Shown here: positions 58,222 to 64,000 of the stretch, piece by piece
Numbering within the stretch: the first letter of the stretch is position 1
Layout: the number at the start of each line of letters is the position of its first letter
From: Gemmatimonas sp.
GTDB taxonomy: Bacteria; Gemmatimonadota; Gemmatimonadetes; Gemmatimonadales; Gemmatimonadaceae
Direction: 5' to 3'
DNA length: 64,000 nt
NCBI GenBank assembly: GCA_965279375.1
Contig: OZ257156.1
Coordinates: 320,001-384,000, forward strand
Translations under genes and position numbers: made by a program
Notes under the pieces: model-generated
Databases searched by the model: none
Told to the model about the DNA's origin: nothing
The model's input: the letters and a program-made list of their open reading frames with translations, nothing else

Positions 58222-58712
58222 CACAGCCAGCGCCCCACATGCCCGCTGTACTCCATAAACTCGTCGGGAAAGCGTTCCATCAGGTGCTGCTCCTCGCGGC
58301 TGATCACCAGCGTGACGATCACCGACAGCACCAGCGGCAGCAGCAGGAGAGACCACAACAGGCCGGTCGCCAGTACGCCGCCGACGTAGGCGGTCGTCAG
58401 CCCGAGATACATCGGATTGCGTGTGCGCGCGTAGATGCCGGTGGTCACGAGGCTGCGCGCTGGCTTGTTGGGATAGATCGCCGTGCGGTGGCGCCGGAAC
58501 GTCAGCATGCCGGTGAGCACGAGCGTCGCACCGGCAGCCATCAGCAGGAGTCCGAACCACACCAGCGGTGCGCTCTCGGGCACGCGCAGCGGAAATGGCC
58601 GCACGCGCTCGAGCAACGCGCCAACCCCGAAGCCGATGACGAAAGGCAAAGGCGGCGGGAAGCGAACGGCAGGGCCGAGGTCGGTCGAGGCCGGGGCTGA
58701 GGGCGGAGTCAT
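58221..58712 (-). CDS. Isoprenylcysteine carboxyl methyltransferase/PEMT family membrane protein
   Basis: LVTTGIYARTRNPMYLG, REEQHL..RF...Y...VGRWL. Confidence 0.92.
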   Translation of the reverse strand: MTPPSAPASTDLGPAVRFPPPLPFVIGFGVGALLERVRPFPLRVPESAPLVWFGLLLMAAGATLVLTGMLTFRRHRTAIYPNKPARSLVTTGIYARTRNPMYLGLTTAYVGGVLATGLLWSLLLLPLVLSVIVTLVISREEQHLMERFPDEFMEYSGHVGRWL

Positions 58713-58842
58713 CCCTGAAGCGTGCGGCATAGTGACCAAATCCGCCAGTTCGACACACGTTTGCACGCAATGCCTTCCGACGGCTGATATTGATTGGGTG
58801 CATCAGGGAGACGCCTTCCTCCTTCCTCCGGGCTCCGCTTCC

Positions 58843-59319
58843 ATGACGACTCTTCGAGCTCCGCTCCCGCGTGCGGCATGCGCGGCCGTTGTGCTGCTTG
58901 CAGCGCTCTCACTCGCCGCCTGCGGTCCGGCTCGCGGCAGAGCGACTGCGTTGGCCCCACGACCATCGCCGACCGGGAGCCGCTCGGTCAGCAGCGAGAT
59001 GATCGCGAAGTGGAACGTACAGGACGCGTTCGACGCGATCGTTCGGGCCGGCGGCTACAGCATCGCCGACAACAGCCGTGGTGGCGTGTCGGTTCGTCAG
59101 CGCCGCGGCCAGACGAGCATCACCAACGGCAACGCAGACAAGCCGGTGTTGCTGATCGACGGCGCACAGATGCGCGACTACGACATGCTGCGACAGGTGC
59201 GCGCCATCGATATCGACCGCATCGACTTTCTCTCACCCGGCGACGCTGCGCAGCGCTTCGGGACATCATCGTCCGGCGCGGGTGCGATCATCGTGCTGAC
59301 CCGCGGGCGCGCGCGCTGA
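58843..59319 (+). CDS. Small lipoprotein with a stand-alone TonB-receptor plug-like domain
   Basis: LAAC lipobox; RGQTSI...PVLLIDG...DIDRIDFL...AAQRFG...GAIIVLTR. Confidence 0.8.
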   Translation: MTTLRAPLPRAACAAVVLLAALSLAACGPARGRATALAPRPSPTGSRSVSSEMIAKWNVQDAFDAIVRAGGYSIADNSRGGVSVRQRRGQTSITNGNADKPVLLIDGAQMRDYDMLRQVRAIDIDRIDFLSPGDAAQRFGTSSSGAGAIIVLTRGRAR

Positions 59320-59347
59320 GACGACCGCCGCTCGAGTAGCGCGACGC

Positions 59348-59382
59348 AAAAGGGGCGGACGCTGGTGCGCCCGCCCCTTTCT
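59348..59382. terminator. Bidirectional intrinsic terminator
   Basis: AAAAGGGGCGG...CCGCCCCTTT between convergent genes. Confidence 0.85.
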
Positions 59383-59402
59383 CTGCTGCATCGCTTCGTG
59401 TG

Positions 59403-60812
59403 TTACGGCGTGAAGTCCGTGCAGACCGCAGCGCCGTTCGACGACGGCTGCAGCGGGTTGAACGTTTCGGCGGTCGGCGTGCGGAAGACCACATCCGTGC
59501 CGTAGCCAGGCGCTCGGTTGATCTGCCACGTGCCATTCGGGAAGACCTGATTCGCCGTCATGCCGTACTGCCGCATCATGCGGCGCATGTCGGGATAGCG
59601 GTGACCCGTGCCGAACAGCCAGAACGCCTTCTCGCGGAAGATCAGGTCACGCTGTGCAGCCGCCGTGCCCGGATCGGTGAGCGCCGGCAGCGCAGCGATC
59701 GTGCGGCCGTAGCCCGGCGGCGCGGCACGCAACGCATTCAAGATCGCCAACGCACCCGCGAAGTTGCCGGTACGATTCAGCGCCTCGGCCTCGTACAGAC
59801 GCGCCTGCAACCCGCTCATCAGCGCGACAGATGACGCGTCTGTGGGCCACACCAACTGATAGAGCATGTTGGGTACGGCGGTGTTGCCGCTGTCGAACGG
59901 ACGCGACGTCGTGAAGCCGGCCGCCGTGCACGCAGCCTGCCCAACCGAGCAGGTGGGAACGCGAGGATCGCTCGCCGTGCCAAAGTTGAGGCCGAGCGGC
60001 CCCTCGTTGTTGGACACGATGTAGCGACGCTGGTTGTTCAACAGCGCCCACACGCCCGGCGTACGCGACGTTTGCGCATGCTCCTGATTCCAGCTGTACG
60101 ACGTAGGAACGGACGCGACGGTCGCCTGGACCGCCGCAAAGTTCCCCTGGTTGAGCAGGATGCGCGCACGCAGTACCTGCAACGCACTGCGCACCCGCGT
60201 CTCGTTCGAACCCGTCGTGCTGCCAAGGCGCGTGATACCTGAGTCCACCTTCGCCAACGCCAGCGTGAAGATCTGCGTGTTGGGGATCGGCGCGCCGTAC
60301 TCTTCCACGCCGTCCTTGATGTAGCTGATCGGCTGACCGTTGCAGAAATACTCGGCGAGCAGATTCAGCATGTACGCTTCGACGAAGTACATCTCGCTGT
60401 AGTTCCACGCCGGTGCGAGCGGCGCGTACTTGGCGAGTGCCTCACGCGTCTGGATCGCGCCGATGCGCGGCAGATGCAATCCGCGGTACGCCGTCGTGAT
60501 GTTCGCGTTTTCCGGCGTCAGCGCGCGCTGGTCGGTCTCCACGCGCTGCGTGAAGGTATCGCCAGTGTTGAACTCGTCGCCGAAAAGGCCGCCGTAGAGA
60601 AACATCGTCTCGCCACCGGTCGTGTTCGCGTTGAATCGACCGAGGGTTCCGACACGCAGCGCGTTCGCCGCAGTCGGGTTGTTGACGGCTTCGACACCGA
60701 TGATGTCCGGGTCGGTCGCGGAAACCAGCGACTCCAGACTGCACGCCGTGGCGAACAATCCGGTGAGGGCGATGGCCGCAGTATGCGACCAGTGTGTGTT
60801 CAGCTTAGACAT
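59403..60812 (-). CDS. SusD/RagB-like lipoprotein
   Basis: FATAC lipobox; ARILLNQG, DPR, LYEAEA, LNALR, REKAFWLFGTGHR..DMRR; directly downstream of SusC. Confidence 0.88.
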   Translation of the reverse strand: MSKLNTHWSHTAAIALTGLFATACSLESLVSATDPDIIGVEAVNNPTAANALRVGTLGRFNANTTGGETMFLYGGLFGDEFNTGDTFTQRVETDQRALTPENANITTAYRGLHLPRIGAIQTREALAKYAPLAPAWNYSEMYFVEAYMLNLLAEYFCNGQPISYIKDGVEEYGAPIPNTQIFTLALAKVDSGITRLGSTTGSNETRVRSALQVLRARILLNQGNFAAVQATVASVPTSYSWNQEHAQTSRTPGVWALLNNQRRYIVSNNEGPLGLNFGTASDPRVPTCSVGQAACTAAGFTTSRPFDSGNTAVPNMLYQLVWPTDASSVALMSGLQARLYEAEALNRTGNFAGALAILNALRAAPPGYGRTIAALPALTDPGTAAAQRDLIFREKAFWLFGTGHRYPDMRRMMRQYGMTANQVFPNGTWQINRAPGYGTDVVFRTPTAETFNPLQPSSNGAAVCTDFTP

Positions 60813-60823
60813 ATATGCGATTC

Positions 60824-63800
60824 TCAGAAGCCGAAGTTGAAGCGCAGCGTCCACGTCTGGAGCGGCGGCGTGATCTGGAATTCGTCCTGCACGTTGCCAA
60901 CACTCGCCGTCGTCTCCGGATCGACACCGGTGTAGTCGCTCCACAGCTTCAGGTTGCGACCGGAGAGCGTGATCGTGCCGCTGCGGGTCTTGGGCAGACG
61001 AGACACCCAGTTCGACGGAATACGCCAGGTCGCGGCGACTTCACGCAGGCGCCAGTAGTTCGTCTTCTCGAAGTAGCCGAAGTTCGTGGACTGCACGCCC
61101 GGCTTCTGGAACGCCGCGCAGCGCGCCTGGCGATCGAGCGGCGACGACGGATCGATACGTTCGGCGGCGTTCAAGCGCGTCGCGCAACGGAAGCGTTCCG
61201 TGGTGTTGTTGACGAGGCCACCAAGCTTGCCATCGATCAGGAACGTCAGACGCAGCTGACCCTTGTCGAGCAGATCGAAACCGTTCTGCACCGAGAGTTC
61301 CGCGCGCGGCACGCTGTAGCCCAGGAAGCGCTGCAGCGAGTCGACCGTCACTTCGGAGATCTCGATCATACCGTTGCCGTTCGCGTCAGCGTACGTGTAC
61401 GGACGATCCCAGATGGAGTTGATCGGATAACCGACTGCATTGCGCTGCGTGCCCGTGCCAGCCGGGAGGCCGCCGAGGTTGAGCACCTCGTTGGAGTTGT
61501 ACGACCCGTTGAGCGTGACGTCCCAGCCGAACTTGTTGAACTGCGCCGGACGCGCACTCACGATGTACTCCCATCCCCAGTTGCGGATGGCGCCGATATT
61601 CGCCGCACGCGTCGTCGTGCCTGTGCCGATCGACGGCGCCAGCGTCTGGTTCACGATCGCATCGCTCGACTTCTTGGTGTAGTACGTGAGCGACGTCGTA
61701 ACGCGGTCGTTGAAGAGTCCGAGATCGAAGCCACCTTCGAGCTCCGTGACCGTCTCGGGACGAAGGTTCGCATTGCCGAGCGTCTGGTAGATGAGGCCTG
61801 GCAGTTCCGCGGAGTTATCGCGATAGACGTTGGACGCGAAGAACTGCAGCGCGGCGGTGGTACCCGGGCGAATGCCGGCCTGGCCCCACGACGTACGCAG
61901 ACGGAACAGATTGATCTGATCGCGCATCGGGAACCACGCTTCTTCCGACATGCGATACGACGCGCCGGCGCGCGGATAGTACGCCACGCCGAAGTTCTTG
62001 CCGAAGGCGCTGTTCTGGTCGCCACGCACCGACGCGACAAGATCGAAACGGCTCGCCAATTCGACGTTCTGCTCGATGAACACGCCAGCGGTCTTGGAGA
62101 CCGTGGTCGCCTCACTCACCGACGGAACCGCGCCCTGGCCGAGCGTTCCGCCACCCGGCGGCAGCTGGCTCCCCGTGGCGTTGTATGCATCGTCGAAGCG
62201 GTGCACGAACTGGAAACCACCTGTCGTACGGCTCGACACCCAGCTGGTCGGATTGAAGCTCGCACTCGCCGACCAATCGGCCGTCCACTGGAACGAGCGA
62301 CTGCGTGAGGTGCTCTTGAAGCCAAGACGGTTCTGCCCAAAGTTCGGGCACTCATCGCGCAAGCAGATGTTGTCGTACGACTCGATCGCGTAGTCGAGAC
62401 CGGCGTTGCCGCGCATGCCAAGCCACGTCGTCGGCGACCACGTCGGCGAGACCGAGCCGATCCAGCGCTGCAGATCGATGTTGTTGTACTGCTGGAAGAT
62501 GTCGCCCGGCGTGAACTGGCGATAACCGTAGAGCGAGTCGGTGCCGCCGGCCGTCAGCGTGCGATACGGCGTACCCGGTCCGCCATAGGCGTGTGAGCCA
62601 AGACCATTGGTGTTGTTGCCGTCCTGTGGCGCGCGCTGCTGGCTGCTCAGGAAGTAGCTGCGGATTGGGATCTGCAGCTTCGGGTTAACCTTGAGATCGA
62701 GATTGGAGCGCAGGCTGAAACGCTGGAACGTGTTGGGGTCCACCCACGCGTCCTTGAGCGCGATACCCTGACGCGCAAAGCGATCCTTGTCGAACTGCGG
62801 CATGCCGAGCGTGCCCGTCGCCGACTCCTGCTCGATGGAGACGAAATAGTTCGCCGCATCGGTGCCGCCAGCGAGGCTCAGGCCGTACTGCTTGCGATCG
62901 CCCTGCTTGAGCGGCGTCGCGCGCGGATCCTTCCAGAGATTGAACGTGGTGATGGAGTCCACCACGCACGTGCCAGCAGCGATCGTGTTGATCTGGCAGT
63001 CGGCAGCGCGCCCGTTGTTCGCGGCGTTGGTCTGATTGGCCAGCTTGCCCCATGCCGTGTATGCGACGGGATACTTGTTGCGGTCCTGCGTGAGCCCCTG
63101 CTCGGTGTACGCTGTCCAACGTGCAGCGCCCGGGCGACCGCGCTTGGTCGTGATCACGATGACGCCCGTCGCCGCGTCGGTGCCGTACGTGGCCGATGCT
63201 GCCGGCCCACGAATGACATCGAGCGTCTCGATGTCTTCCGGATTGATGTCGTTCAGGCGGCTCGCCGGCGCACCGCCGGTGCCGAGTCCAGACGACGAGC
63301 TGTTGATGCGGATGCCGTCAACGAAGATGATCGGGTCGTTGCTGAGCGAGATGGACGACGTGCCGCGGATACGAATGCGCGCGGCGGCGTTCACACCCGA
63401 GCCCTGCAGGATCTGCACACCCGCCGCCTTGGCGACGAGCAAATCGCTGACGTTCGACACCTGCGAGTTCTCGATCTGCTTGACGGCATCGACCTGCGCG
63501 ATCTGGTTGGGCACCGCGAGGCGGCGCTGATCGCCCGTGGCCGTCGTGACGATCGCCGTCAGATTGACTGCGACCTTCGTCAGCGAGAGATCCAGCGTGT
63601 TCGTGGCCGTGCCCTGCACGGTGAACTGCTTGGTGACTTCCGCGTAGCCCAACCGCACCGCGCGGATGGTGACGACGCCAACGGGCACGCCGCGAATGAT
63701 GTAGCGTCCTTCTTCGTTCGTGAGCGCGCCGATCGTCGTGCCGGCGACCGTGACTTGCGCGTTTGCGATGGGCGGACCAGCGGGCGCTTCGAGCACGCGG

Positions 63801-63910
63801 CCCGAGAGCACGCCTGTTCTGGGCTGCGCGAACAGCGCAGTGACCGGCAGTGCAAGCGCGAGACATGCAGTGGTCACTGCACGCATCGCACGCGTAGTAA
63901 AGGTGAGCAT
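60824..63910 (-). CDS. SusC/RagA family TonB-dependent outer membrane protein
   Basis: CarboxypepD-like N-terminal domain, IRIRGTSSI..SNDP...DG, DINPEDIE, GVIVITTKRG, YTGVDPE, C-terminal F. Confidence 0.96.
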   Translation of the reverse strand: MLTFTTRAMRAVTTACLALALPVTALFAQPRTGVLSGRVLEAPAGPPIANAQVTVAGTTIGALTNEEGRYIIRGVPVGVVTIRAVRLGYAEVTKQFTVQGTATNTLDLSLTKVAVNLTAIVTTATGDQRRLAVPNQIAQVDAVKQIENSQVSNVSDLLVAKAAGVQILQGSGVNAAARIRIRGTSSISLSNDPIIFVDGIRINSSSSGLGTGGAPASRLNDINPEDIETLDVIRGPAASATYGTDAATGVIVITTKRGRPGAARWTAYTEQGLTQDRNKYPVAYTAWGKLANQTNAANNGRAADCQINTIAAGTCVVDSITTFNLWKDPRATPLKQGDRKQYGLSLAGGTDAANYFVSIEQESATGTLGMPQFDKDRFARQGIALKDAWVDPNTFQRFSLRSNLDLKVNPKLQIPIRSYFLSSQQRAPQDGNNTNGLGSHAYGGPGTPYRTLTAGGTDSLYGYRQFTPGDIFQQYNNIDLQRWIGSVSPTWSPTTWLGMRGNAGLDYAIESYDNICLRDECPNFGQNRLGFKSTSRSRSFQWTADWSASASFNPTSWVSSRTTGGFQFVHRFDDAYNATGSQLPPGGGTLGQGAVPSVSEATTVSKTAGVFIEQNVELASRFDLVASVRGDQNSAFGKNFGVAYYPRAGASYRMSEEAWFPMRDQINLFRLRTSWGQAGIRPGTTAALQFFASNVYRDNSAELPGLIYQTLGNANLRPETVTELEGGFDLGLFNDRVTTSLTYYTKKSSDAIVNQTLAPSIGTGTTTRAANIGAIRNWGWEYIVSARPAQFNKFGWDVTLNGSYNSNEVLNLGGLPAGTGTQRNAVGYPINSIWDRPYTYADANGNGMIEISEVTVDSLQRFLGYSVPRAELSVQNGFDLLDKGQLRLTFLIDGKLGGLVNNTTERFRCATRLNAAERIDPSSPLDRQARCAAFQKPGVQSTNFGYFEKTNYWRLREVAATWRIPSNWVSRLPKTRSGTITLSGRNLKLWSDYTGVDPETTASVGNVQDEFQITPPLQTWTLRFNFGF

Positions 63911-64000
63911 TCGTGCGACCTCGGTGGCTCGAACGAGCCAGCGGTAGGAGGGGAGCAAGGGCTTGGGCGCGTGCAGTACGTCCCTGGCGATTCCTGCGGA

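Overview
GC-rich (roughly two-thirds G+C by eye), densely coding bacterial chromosome segment with about 49 genes. The gene content (SusC/SusD pair, stand-alone TonB-plug lipoprotein, Hanks-type kinase, PVC-type propeller/HEAT protein) suggests Gemmatimonadota; this is an inference. I saw no rRNA, tRNA, CRISPR array, transposase or phage genes. Main blocks: ArsR plus hydrolase (0-1.3 kb); a GT-C-like membrane gene broken by one in-frame TAG, followed by a GT2 (4.5-7.3 kb); alpha-hydroxy acid oxidase and a GGDEF-EAL protein; XdhC, a MocA-like gene in frame with DinB, and a tandem M42 peptidase (11-15.5 kb); a ~230-270 nt inverted-repeat element; an 8-gene, mostly translationally coupled vWA/caspase-like/TPR-metallopeptidase/DUF4159/MoxR/DUF58/BatA/DUF4175-like operon with a (GQQ)25 tract (17-31.3 kb); a CcdA-TlpA-ECF sigma-anti-sigma-cytochrome b-MsrP-like redox operon (35.4-39.3 kb); a SigG-like ECF plus VOC gene; a MoeB-rhodanese gene divergent from an Asp-box beta-propeller plus MoaD-like ubiquitin-fold gene (47-50 kb); cyanophycinase-amidohydrolase-dCMP deaminase; and TonB/Sus transport genes. 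The best candidates for an undescribed system are the MoxR-vWA-protease envelope operon, the E1/Ubl/beta-propeller module and the ECF-controlled redox module. All family calls come from motif recognition only; no database searches were run.
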